In this document: in pieces, positions 36,212 to 48,260 of the stretch | Position numbering within the stretch: position 1 is the first letter of the stretch | How the letters are laid out: each line of letters starts with the position of its first letter | NCBI GenBank assembly: GCA_002633005.1 | Contig: NMRA01000511.1 | Coordinates: forward strand, 66,147 to 130,146 | From: Phoronis australis | Lineage: Eukaryota; Animalia; Phoronida | Direction of reading: 5' to 3' | DNA: 64,000 nt | Notes under the pieces: model-generated | The model's input: only the letters and a program-made list of their open reading frames with translations | Databases searched by the model: none | What the model was told of the DNA's origin: nothing | Made by a program: the position numbers and the translations under genes

Positions 36212-37959
36212 CTGCAGTATACAACAATGGACAGCGGGTTTTGAGTCAGAGAACATTTCTATGGGAGCACTCTCACCTGGCAGTTTACGTCCTGGCTCCT
36301 TGGCGAGATACACGATGCAAAAAGTTCTTACTTTTTCAAATGCCTATTTTCTTTCCCAAACAGGTTTTCATACATTAAACACATCAAATTGAAGAACATG
36401 TGCACAAGCACGCGATGACGTTGCACTACAGTAGCAAACAGGTCTTGGAACAAAGCTGTTTATAACACCATGCTGTACAACGTTCGTAGTGACTTAAGGG
36501 TAATGCATAAAAAGTTGCTTTCTATTTCTTATAGTGGTCGGTGATAGAGGCAGCAGTCTTTAAACTTTGACAAGTTGTTCGTAGAAACGCAAACGACTAC
36601 AAAACTGTCTCATTTTATCAATATCTTCCAATGAGTAAATTATATTGGTGAAAACCAAGTAAACCTTACTTTTAATATAGATTTTCAAATGTCTGACTAC
36701 GCTCGTGAAGAGAAATTTCTGCCTACGAGTGTTTACATTACTTGGTTTGCCCAAGTACGTGTGCAACAGGTTTGGTAAGGCTTTGTGAAAAATGAAGAGA
36801 ATCTGCTTCGTCAGAATGCCGGATCACATATGTACAGATGAGCTACATGGTAAGTGCCTCACACAATTGATCGGCAACACATCATAGCCACAGGGGCTGC
36901 GCTTGTTTAACATGGAAAAAAGTATGGCGTCCCCATTGGAGGAGAACAGTTTTGACGACCAGAGTACCCTCAAACGTAGTAACTTTTGGAGTGTAAAAAT
37001 TGTACGTGGCGAACAGGGGAATGCTTCAATTACTAGGTGACCCAAACTTATTATATATTGAGGCTGGAACATTTAGATTGTAAATGTAAGTAGTAAAACA
37101 GGTCATCAGGAATATGCGCAGGCTTTGCTTCCGGTTCTTACCCGTCTTCATTCTCTTTACATCGACCTTTGTTCTTACACGGGTTGGGCTGGCATCCGCG
37201 TACAGCTGGTGCATGTCCACTTATATCTGAAATAGACGAACTGGTTGGTTCACGGACCTCAGGTTATACCGTCTACACACTTTGCAATAACTAGTGGTGC
37301 TTTTATAACTAATACCTCCGTATAAGGGAGGCCTCTCTGTCGATGATAGTTGCACTCGACCAGTCAATGATGAGGTTTTCTTAGAGTTGATACACATCAG
37401 AAAAACGATGTCACCCATGAAACGTGAAGAGGGCGGATATAAACTCGACGCAACATAAAACAACTGCATGTCCACCAAGGGGTAGAAGATACGCCGGTAT
37501 CACTCACCAGCATAAGTTTTATCACTGGTTGATGTAACCTCGGCAGTCATTAGTTAGCTTTTCAACAGAGAAAGGAAATGGCAGAGTGTGAACTATTTTG
37601 CTAACAAAGTTTTCTCCCTTCCGCAAATATTTCGTTTCTGCAGTTATGTTCAATAGCCGCGTGACTGATTTAATCGGTGTGATATTCATACTTTGTAAAA
37701 ATAGGGCAGTAACTTAAGCAAAAGTCAGCAACAGTAGAAAGATGCACACCGAAAAGGCGCAACCACAACTTCCCGATACACATTTCTTGAAGATATCCCA
37801 ATTAAGCATCAATTTGTCTGCACAGAAGACACCTCATTGTTCTGGGAAAAATTGTGTGGTGGAATCTTTATTATTGCTAAAGCTTGACACATATTTGTTA
37901 AGACTCCTATCAGACAACTGGAGAAAATATTTTTTTTTCAGTTCATTAGGTGTAACAGA

Positions 37960-39258
37960 AAGATAGAATAGACAATGCTTCAGAATTATAAAAGTTGTCT
38001 CAACATAATTCATCTATTTTCATTTGTTAACGCTCTTAAAGCAAAATGGCTAAAAAAGATTGTAGATGGACAAATTAATTTGGCCTGGATAGAAGTTATA
38101 GATGTTTTGCAGAATTAAAGTCAAACTGACGTTGAAAAAATGTTCAACGGAGGAAAAATGTTAGCTCAGTCCACAGGGAATCCGTTTTGGAAGGATATGT
38201 TTGTTTCAAAATATGAGTTGTTAAACGAAATCAAAGAAGAGGACAGGATACCGTCCCTTCCTTTATGGCATAACAAAAGTTCAAATTGGAGGAAACCTAA
38301 TATATTACCCTACTTCGAATGAAAACGGTGTGATATTCTTAGGTGATTTATTTGACGAAAACGGAAATTTCTTGTCACACAACAGTTTTCTAGACAAATT
38401 TGGGTTTAAACCCTTTTTACACTCTATTGAAGATTGAAAAATTGCTTGAAATCAACTTTCAGAAGTATAACGTTTTCAAGTGCAAAAGTGTCTCAACCAG
38501 TTATCCCACAACTTTATTCGCAAATTTGGTGAAAAATTCGAAAGGTAATCGTGATATATACGATATTTTTGACAACTTTGTTTCAAAAAACAAAAGGATT
38601 AGAAAAACTGGAAAATACTCTTGCTTTTGCAAGATTAATGACCGTATGGAATTTATGTTTTCAATCTTCTGTTTTTGTACTTCAGACGGTTTCAAATGAG
38701 AATTGTACACAGAATTTTAGCAACAAATAACTGTTTAACGCGAAGTGGTATTTCTACAACTGACCATGTACCTTTTGTACGAATGAAAGTTTAGAACATT
38801 TGTTTTAGGAGTGCACTTTTGTTAAGTCTTTTTGGAAAAGATTAGCTGAATATTACTGTATATCAATGCAAAACGTTCATGTATCCATAGATTTTCAAGC
38901 TGTTGTATTTGGCAAAACTGGAAAAGCGAATGGATGTTGAATCTTTTCATTCTCTTTGCCAAAAAGCATACTGTAGAAAGCTGAAAGTAGAACCTCCATC
39001 TACAGTCTGTATAATGCTTTTCACATTTCGAAAAAATATAACTATAATAAAAATGGATTAGGAGACCTATTTTTCCAAAGGTGGTCTGGTATTTTCACTT
39101 TTTAAAAAGTAATACTGATTAGAAAAGTACATTTGTTTTTTTGGTTTGTAAAATTGAGATTTCTGTGAAATCTGTTCTTGTGCGAGTGTGTGTGCGTGTG
39201 ATGTGTGTTTAGTCATTTGTGTCCTTGTACAGTGTTGCAATAAATGTTGTAAAAAGAT
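37960..39258 (+). mobile_element. 5'-truncated, frameshifted L1/Tx1-like non-LTR retrotransposon (ORF2 C-terminus)
   Basis: Fragments ALKAKWLKKI, NPFWKD, PLWHNK, LGDLFDENGNF, HRILATN, LEHLF*ECTFVKSFW (zf-RVT-like region); aataaa plus A-rich end near 39240. Confidence 0.75.
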
Positions 39259-39527
39259 TGGTCAGCACATCAAACTACAAACTGTATCCACACTTACTTT
39301 TCCTCCATCAATCATGCCAGTTTGTTTACGTAAAGCGCTACCTGTTGACAATTTGAACAGATGGTTTAAAAAATCCCGAGGAAAATTAAATGATACCTGC
39401 GTGTCCTCTACCACCTAGCGGACACGCAGAGAATCAGCGAGAATAAAACAACATCCTGTGTAAAGCACCACCTAGTATACACTGAAGAAGACACCAGGAA
39501 TGGCAGATGTCGAAAACAAGTTATGTA

Positions 39528-40043
39528 CTACGTTTTGGATGGAAATGAATTTCCTTGTATCAATATTGTTTGAAGAAATGGGTATTTAGTTGCAGTGTTG
39601 TGCAGCGAAAAATTATCAATGTTCGATGTCGTCCAATTTCTTTTGAAAACTGTTGTACTATGAGTCACCATATATATGAGTGACGTCAATCCCAAGCTAA
39701 TAAGTCCGCTATTACCTGACGTTGTCGATCCACCAATCATCATGGATCTTACTTTAGTACCAACTGTTACACCTGCCGCTTGTGATAATGTTGCATTTCT
39801 TAAGGACCTCGTGGCAGTTTCGGATGACCCTGAAGTACCAACTGTTACATCTTCCGCTTGTGATAATGTCGTATTTCTTAAGGACCTCGTCGCAGTTTCG
39901 GATGACCCTGAAGTCAATGTTGTGGGACTGGGGATCGCAACTGCTTCCATTGTGGATAGTTTGGTCGTCGTTGCTACAGAGACTGATGCCGTTCCTAAGG
40001 ATGCTAAAACAGTTATAAAGGAACTGGAAATTACTGGCTGCAC
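39528..40043 (-). CDS. Ser/Thr-rich mucin-like coding segment with a 26-aa internal duplication (boundaries uncertain)
   Basis: 171-codon S/T-rich frame, TSGSSETATRSLRN.TLSQA..VTVG twice, several N-x-T sequons; same strand as the flanking EGF exons; no clear splice sites found. Confidence 0.45.
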   Translation of the reverse strand: MQPVISSSFITVLASLGTASVSVATTTKLSTMEAVAIPSPTTLTSGSSETATRSLRNTTLSQAEDVTVGTSGSSETATRSLRNATLSQAAGVTVGTKVRSMMIGGSTTSGNSGLISLGLTSLIYMVTHSTTVFKRNWTTSNIDNFSLHNTATKYPFLQTILIQGNSFPSKT

Positions 40044-40074
40044 TAGACTGACGTGCGTTCGGTAGACGCTACTA

Positions 40075-40192
40075 CCTACGCTAGGACCTAGTCAAAGTCA
40101 CGTGTTCTTTAAAATACACGACAATATCTCATGTAATCTCGCGAAGTCTTGCTTTTTAGCGAGGTCCTAGCGTTACTGAACGGGAGGCTACC
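40075..40192. repeat. Short dispersed repeat
   Basis: Similar to the reverse complement of about 56860-56965 (cacgtg..atctcatg..cttgcttt..tagcgag). Confidence 0.55.
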
Positions 40193-42578
40193 TACCGGTC
40201 AAGCGGCTAAGACATCTGATTGGTCTGTAATCCGGAAGTTGTCATCAAGAACCACTCAGACTTCTTAGCCACTCATGACCCAGCGGAGTCAATCAAGTAC
40301 ATCCACTGCTTAGTTTGCTGCATTTACTGTGATTTGTGGGCCTGCACTTTGACGCCTTTGGAAAGAGCATCGTCTGTTCTGAGCTATTATGACCTCTAGA
40401 TTGTTCTCACAGAGAAAATACATTAGAAGATCTGCACATAAAACCAAAGTTCTTCCATCCCACAACTCGAGTGACTTCATGCCAGCCGGATGTCCAGTGA
40501 CCATTAAGGTGAAATCATCGCCGATGCATCGTTGGGTTTTGTTACTTGACAGCAAATACCTTAGTTAAGGAGCCAAGTAGTAAACAGGGTTTTTCTTCTC
40601 TACAAATGTCAGTAAAATAACACGTGCTTATTGCAGCATTCTAAGGACACTGCTCTATGCTTTATTTATGTCAATCGGTTAGACCATTCTATCACGAAAT
40701 GTTTGCAAAAAGCTTGGTTGAAAGTTTGTATATAGAGGACAATCTTGTCCAGGAGTTGTGCTTGGCTGAAACGTTACCTTTTTAACCTTTAAGGTTGTCA
40801 ATTATCATCTTGAACCTTTGTAAGTTGTTTGGTTTCTGTCATCATTACAAAATTAACCTCCAATCTGGGTTAATGTCCTGGTCGACTTTATAAAACGTAT
40901 CCTGGACATATGCAAACCATTTTAATGATAAATTTAGGCGATTTCTTTATGCCGCTGAACTGCCAAACTCTTCAGTTAGACGTAACAAGGAAAACAGAGG
41001 ACATCAAGAAGAAAGCCATGGGCTATACTACGGAATTAAAGCTTCAGTCAAGGGTACCAGAGTGCTTGTGTGGAAACCACAGGGACCATACAGTAGCTTT
41101 AAGTGTTTCATGGTACACGTACATGTATGGTATTAGTTTTGATACTGGTTAACTTCATCTGGAATTACAATATCACTTTATCTTGAATACTCTGTATTGT
41201 AATACTGGTTAGTAAAGGTGATTGTTATGCAACGGTCATACACAAATGTGTATTTAATGAGAAATTAGATGGTGCATTACACTATTATTAGACTTGAGTT
41301 AGCAATTCATTATGAATTGTAGATTCACAGTGAAATTAGTCATATTGGAAATAATCTATCAGCAGCAGTGAATGAATGGTTATACTACAGTGATGTCTTT
41401 ATTTCGCATAAGCACTATTACCTATAATAAGTGAAAACATTGTAGCTATTGTTTTATTACACTAAGTTGCCATCCTTGCAGATCTCCGTCACGAACATCA
41501 TAACCATGTACATGTGTACATGTCGTACAAGTACTCTTCGTATCCAAGTGAAGCTCAATGGTTCGTTGGAACACGTTTCTCAGCCAGGGTCGACCGCCCA
41601 CCATGTTAAAGATGAAATGAACAACAATCACACACCAATGCCATTTTACACGTATATGCCCTGGCACTTAACTTTCTCATAATTTCCGATATTCTCGTTA
41701 AAAGTTTCATTAGCCCTGTTTTGGTGATTTCAACACATTCCCATTCTGCCACCAGATTATGGGTCATGCATGGGCGTCTTACATGAACAATAAAAACAGG
41801 ATTCGGTTAAAGTGTCATAATCGCCGTGCCACAGATTTTACATTATGATTCTTTGTGGGTGTTCTCAGTACTCTACAATATTTCGCTTAAAACACGGGTC
41901 ACGTCTGCCTGTCGAGCAAATATGAAAGGAGATTCAAATTTTGTTTAAAACTTTTGAGGGTTGTGAATATGTGACACACACACANGTCAGCTACTACACG
42001 CACCCGCGTTCTTCGATTTTTGTCTTTGTAATAACATTTGTGTGTCTCGTCGCACCTACATGTACCTCGGCCATATTGCCTAAGATATTGTTAGTTCGCT
42101 CAAAGACAACGCAAATGTCCCTAACAAGTGATTATATTCGCCAGCACAATAAACGTGAACAGTCCACCAATATGGACGCTCTGGAACGCACCTCCAGCCA
42201 GTGGGGAGAGGTTAAACACCAGAGACGCCTGGCGGCTAATACAAAGCTTAACACCAACAGGTATTAACTTATGTGTATGAAATTCACATGCATGTTGCAA
42301 TGCAATGTATTGACGGGAGTAGTTTGGTTGGTAGGCTTGTGGTCGTATCTGCAGTACTTCATTAATCACAAAGTTGTCGTCACCAAACAGCATGGTCCAC
42401 TCGAATCTTCAAATCTCGAAGTCAGACAAAAATTAAAAAATGAATTTTCGAGTTTTGAAAGAGCAAAGCAATCAACATACCACTGACGCCAAAATACTAA
42501 GAGTAATACAGGCAAGGATCACAAAAACACACTTATGGCTGGTAAACAGGCTGATAGGGTAAATTATAGGCTGCATAC

Positions 42579-42787
42579 CTTCACAATTCGGAATCTTGAC
42601 AACTTCTGATTGGTTTCCAGGACGACCAATAATTTTCTTGTCGTCCTCTTCCCTGTTAGCCACCACACGAAACACCAGTGACGTCATTTCCGGTATGTTC
42701 GTCACTGTATAAGAGTATTGATCCTGTGAACCTCTTTGGGTTATATCAATGATATCACGCCATTGGCTTGTGTCGTTTTGTTGCAGC
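42579..42787 (-). CDS. Fibronectin type III domain, second-half exon
   Basis: cacttttgtag| phase 2, ...YSYTVTNIPEMTSLVFRVVANRE...GRPG..SEVV; donor G|GTATGC. Confidence 0.75.
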
Positions 42788-43976
42788 CTACAAAAGTGCT
42801 GTATTTTGTCACAGCTGATGCGTTGCAAAAATCGACTTAGACCTGTTACGGTATTGAAACTTTGACCCAACACGGTCCTTACTTGGATTGAAGCAATTTC
42901 ATGGCTTACAAAGAACTAACAATCGAATAGCAAGCACTAGTATGTTATCGGTGCGATCCAAGTCCAGAAACACCTTCCATTCTCAATAAGGAATTTTATG
43001 ACCTCAAGTGATGTCCTAAAATAGAAGGCGATTTTATGGTATATCTAATACTAAAATATCTCTCACATTCTCAAACATTTCTACCACAATGCCTTACAAC
43101 CAACCTGCAGGGACAGTGCACTGAAACACACTATCTTTTTTCGTACCATAACACCCTCTATCGACATTCTGGTAACAACGTTAACAACAATTCTTGAGTT
43201 CAGTTACCAAGGGAATTAAACAAGGCAAATCGGCGAATAACATGAGTCACACGGGTAGGTATCGTGAGCAGATACATTCTAGTCAAGTGAAATAAAAAAT
43301 AACATACGTGACATTTTTAAGATGGTCTTTCTGATTCGTTTTAGTTGAAACCATCATGTAACGGATTTTAACGTAATACAGTCCAGTCAAAACTTAATGC
43401 TCATCTAACACAACTTCCAATATTTTAAAGCTTAATATGAATTTTAGGCCAATTTTCATGTTTAGTGGTGCACGCTGACTCGTGCATTATGGGTACTCAC
43501 TCAGCTGATGCCATATGAACTGAGGTTTCCGCGGAAACTACACTCAACAAAAAAAAAAAAATATTAAAAAGGCAAGCGCAAACAGGGCAGCTACGAAATT
43601 TATAAATTTTAGTGATACCTTTCGACTGACGATACTCAGCTTGTGTTCTAAGTTGGAGACTGTGAAGGAAAGGGTATACTTAAAACTACCAGTTATTTTA
43701 GACAGTGTCAGTTCAGGCTACCAAAAAACACGGCTCACGCGCTCATGAATCTAGCCCCGGACTTACGAACACTACTCACGAACCTATAAACTCAGTTCGG
43801 TAAAATAATAACTTCAGTTTGTAGTAGGAACTGTACGCCTAGGTTTGGAATTTTGTTAAGAGATGTAGTGCACGTATGTGTGATGTGCACCATAGTCATT
43901 GGGCATAACCCGACTCTATAAATACATTAATTTGAATTCAGTTATAGTTTTCTACTTTTGGTCTTCCTGTACGTAC

Positions 43977-44097
43977 GTGTATCCATGCAACGGGGGGTCT
44001 CCAATATCGATCTGATATCTCCAAGCCAGCCACGTGACAATGACTGAAGAGCACGTGACGTTGGACACAAGCGGCGCAGAAAGTAGTCTTGGAAGAC
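43977..44097 (-). CDS. Fibronectin type III domain, first-half exon
   Basis: ctcattcggtttag| phase 1, LPRLLSAPLVSNVTCSSVIVTWLAWRYQIDIGDPPLHGY, donor AC|GTACGT phase 2 matches 42787; frame not in the ORF track. Confidence 0.75.
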
Positions 44098-44875
44098 CTA
44101 AACCGAATGAGAAGAATTACCAATAACAGTAGCATTGAGACCACTGTACTTACGTTCACTCATTACTATATTCCTGTGTGCTGTAAATCCGCATTAGGTC
44201 AAAAACGGGCATTAAATTCAGGTTACTTCCCGTTGTTTAAAGCTATTTTAAACAAATACAATGCTTCAGAAACCTTTAGATGTGTTTTTAAACATGGGTA
44301 AATTAGGTACATGTTCAAATTGAGCCAATTTTTGAAAGATTAAAAGATAACGTTTGAAAGAGGCAGATTCATAGATGCTCCAAGCACTTAACAGACCCTC
44401 CAATACGTATCTGTAACGCCCTTCCATTGGGAATGTATTTTGATTCTAAAACAAGCACGAGGTTGAAACACGCACGTGCTCAACCCAGCAGATGCCTTAT
44501 TCAACTGAAATAAACGTTTACCAACATGTTCTCGTTACATGTTCGCGAGTGTGTACAATGCCACTCTTTACGAAACATGGACACACCAAAAGCATTAGTG
44601 CATACACTCTACAAATATATAGAATCTTTTCTAGCCATTTATTGACATATAACAAAGGGACTTCAGTGTTTGTAATTCCTTAATATACGGCGACTATCAG
44701 CTCATAGTCGCCAAAATAACAATTTTTCATTTCTCAAATGCCGAATGTAAATGCTATTAATAACAGAAACTTTACCAGTTCTGCCTAATCTGCTCAGAAC
44801 AAGCCATGCTCGTGACAAACCAAACTGTTCAAAAGTTTCACACTGAAATTTAAGCAAAAAATCGAAGCTTTTGTA

Positions 44876-45398
44876 CTACAAAATAGGCCCGCAGTAGCAC
44901 CGAGCAAGAACCTCAGTGGAAATGCCATTGCCGACAAGCACCTCAATAACACCGCCAAATTTTCTAGAATTGCTCCCTGGCTCCGCAGTGCTCCTTTGGT
45001 AGTGCAGTGGTATCATCGTCATAAACGCAGTAGAACCGTAGGGTCGCCAGTCTACGTTTTCGGTGATTGCACGACGGTTGTACTGCGGAAGCACGGCGGT
45101 GATTGAAATGCTTGTGCGGTCCTTGTACGGTGCCTGGCGGCCATGACGGTGTCGTGGCGATCCCACTGCGGATTGGCCCAACCCGCGGTGTCACTGCGGA
45201 AATTTTGAACATGTTCAAAGTTTCCGCTGTGCCACTGCGGAGGTCCGCGGTTTTCACAGTTTTCCACGGTGCTACGGCGATCAATGGCGGAACCATTGCG
45301 GAACCATTGCGGAACCAAGGCGATCATGGAGGTGCCATAGCGCTTTATGTCGTACAAGCACCGCAGTGGCATCGCACCTCTGATGTGACGGGGGTATG
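44876..45398. mobile_element. GC-rich intronic insertion, probably one arm of a non-autonomous DNA transposon
   Basis: Abrupt GC-rich block of short cgg/ccg motifs ending tgtgacgggggta, a terminus resembling PIF/Harbinger-type elements; multiple overlapping spurious ORFs. Confidence 0.45.
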
Positions 45399-45809
45399 AA
45401 GTTTAGCACTATATCTGTGTGAAGTGGTCTAAGCGGTATTTATTCGTGTGCAACACGTGCAAAAATCTTTTCATTCAATGCATGTGCTTCCTGATTCACC
45501 GGAGGTCCATTTGCACAGGCTTTGACACAGAGATGGCATGTACATGGTGATCTGTACAACCAAAATTGCAATTATTCAACCAGGTCCACCAACTCCACTG
45601 TTTCCAATTTGACATCCACACAAAACTATGTACGACAGGAGTTGACACAGTTATCAGATTTGTGCCTCTGGTAGGGAACTACCAGTTCCTAGAATTAGGT
45701 AAATAGACCAATTCTTAATTTTAAGGTAAGCAATAAAACAGCTCCCTTACTATATAGAATTTGAGAAGTTGAGCAATTACTTGAGTATCAGCGCGAAAGC
45801 AACTCTTAC

Positions 45810-45944
45810 GTGTCTGGCAACCGGATCCGGTCCAGTCTACGTGACATGCGCCGTCGCACTGGCCGTTGATGTGGATGCAAGTGAGACTGGACTGACAATG
45901 ACACAGAAATTTGCAGTTCAGTCCGAAGGTGCCGGGAGCACATT
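45810..45944 (-). CDS. Laminin-type/MEGF-like EGF exon
   Basis: tttccttcag|ECAPGTFGLNCKFLCHCQSSLTCIHINGQCDGACHVDWTGSGCQT|gtaaga, phase 1-1. Confidence 0.85.
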
Positions 45945-46490
45945 CTGAAGGAAACAATAAACGCTACACAAACGTAACAAGTATTCGTCAAAGTTACACA
46001 TTAACTAGTATCAGACTTATAAGCCAAACAGGGCTGGGGCTGTATTGCATAAAAGGTAATAATTGTTTTTGTATTGCATGCTGTGAGGTTTCCATGCCGC
46101 TATAAATAATAAATATATTATCTAAGAGAATCAAGTCATCTGAGCTTGTCCGTCAACAGCAAAAAAATTAACTTATTGACACATTTTCCGTACACCATTT
46201 CCAACAAATGCTTATGATTTAAAACACTATCAACATGAAGAAAACAACACGCAAGTCGGTTGAAATTAGAACGTATCCTAATATTGGTTCTTAAGATCTT
46301 TTAAGCTATAAATCAAGCATTTGGTTTGCGGTATTAGTAACAACATAAACGATATAAAACATATATTACGAAAAATTATAATCTTAGTCTTGAATTAACC
46401 TTTTATGATGCACTAAGCGGAACACCTGTACATGTATGCTTGTAACTGTGAAAATGTAAAGAAAACAAGAAACTATTTGAAAAGACACAC

Positions 46491-46622
46491 TAGTTTGACA
46501 CTGCGGTGGACTTATGTATCCCGCGGCGCAAAGCATGTCTGTACATCCGGTGGCGCTGCAAGCACCCTTATTGAAGCAATGGCAAGGTTTACACGGAGAC
46601 CCGAAGAATCCGGCATCGCACA
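46491..46622 (-). CDS. Laminin-type/MEGF-like EGF exon
   Basis: aatttcag|VCDAGFFGSPCKPCHCFNKGACSATGCTDMLCAAGYISPPQCQT|gtgtgt, phase 1-1. Confidence 0.82.
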
Positions 46623-47979
46623 CTGAAATTAACAACACAAGGAATATTTAAATACCTAGGTCACACAAAAGTATCATTGTGTTGGTGTAGTTTTTGGTAA
46701 GATCTCCCTTGAATTCGCTCTGTTAAACGGTGAGTTATCGCCTTTCTTTACACAAATGTATGGAAATATAGTGTTGAGTGTTTCAAAGGGCAAAGCCATG
46801 TTCACTGCCTCTACATTTCATTGATTTATTACATTTTGATATCTTCTATGTTAGCTGAAGCCTTGACCTATTCAACGATCTGTGGGACTTTAAAAATATA
46901 TAGCTAGTTTTCCTAGTAGAAATACATGTGCATGAACATTCAGTTATGTGAAAAATATTGAATGTGGACCTTTTACTAAAAACGTGCACCTTTTACAAAA
47001 ATGGCTCAGAGCTGTGACTTATGCACTCGCCAAATTTTGGTAGTTTCTGCCTTTTTAGTAGATCTTTTTTCGTTTTCACGGGAGGAGCAAACTGGAGGAA
47101 GGTCTTTTGTTGAGAATGGCGGCCGAGTTTTCGATTTTTCAGTAGAACCATTACAACTAATACACTTTTCTCGGGGATCACATAGAACAATAAAGTTGCA
47201 GCAACAACGCAGCGCCATGTTGTTGTCTTGTCGCGTGTCAAAAGATTGAAATTATATGGAGCGTACGCATTGCCGTTACGGTGCTCACGATTGTTCGCCA
47301 ACGGGAATAGGAAAACAAGTTCCGTGAACATAGGACATTGCAATCAAAGTGCTGGGAATGTGTTTTTCTATACCATCATTCCTAGAAGTTGGTGCGGTAT
47401 TGGTTACGATGTGTTGTTGAGAATTTGGCGTTCATTATAAGTTAAATTGACGTGCTGCCAATAATTTTAATAAAGTTGTTACTTTTACAACACTGTCTTC
47501 CTCATCACAAGCCTGTCCTTTCCATTTCGTATCCGCCTTTCCTATTTTGGGACCGTCTTTCCATTTGAAGTCCCCTCCTTTCACCCAAGGTCCCTGCATG
47601 GCCAGTCGCGTTTTCCGTAGACATGAAACCCACGCGAAAATGCAAGGCTTCGCGAGATACCGCTTTATCATTACACGAAAAGCACGTGATCATACTACTG
47701 CCCTCGCGAGATTCTTCTTCTGTTAGCCTGAACTCAACCAAGGGTCCCGTTTAATAAATTTTTGTCTGTTCAAATGTAAACCAAAATCGCCGGGAATAAC
47801 TCCAATTGCAGAATACACGGGCAATGAATTGCAACTACGTGTACTCTGACCCAAAAAATGCAATTGGTCCAATCCCAAGCTCACTGGAAGCGCTGGGTTA
47901 TCATAAATCCGCCATTGTGGGGGGTTATAATATAGTAAATTCGCCATTGATGGGTTGGATAATAATGATTCTGCAGTGG

Positions 47980-48260
47980 ACTGTCCTTGGCCATCTTGCA
48001 GTTACCACTAGACTTACCTATAGGTGTCTTTGTTGGTTGTGATGATGCATTTCTTAAGGACCTCCTGACAATTGCGAAGGAGTCTGCGGAAGTTAACGTT
48101 GAGTGACTGTGCATCTCACCTGCTTTCGCTGTTGATAACTTGATTGCCGTTGTCAAAGAGCCTATCGCAGTTTGGAATGTCACTGAAACAGTTATTCAGG
48201 AACTGGGCCTCAATGCTGATGTTGAATTCCCTGCGGTTAACTTAGTTGGCACCATAGACA
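47980..48260 (-). pseudogene. Diverged paralogue of the mucin-like segment, with an in-frame stop
   Basis: SS*ITVSVTFQTAIGSLTTAIKLSTAKA..RSLRNASSQ aligns with SSFITVLASLGTASVSVATTTKLSTMEA..RSLRNATLSQ of 39528-40043. Confidence 0.45.

Noticed and set aside
37335-37385. ENLIIDWSSATIIDRE on the minus strand, resembling a Penelope GIY-YIG segment
   Set aside because: Only 16 codons with no supporting flanks; too short to call
44876-45399. Four overlapping ~100-aa ORFs
   Set aside because: GC-rich repeat insertion that is stop-poor in several frames
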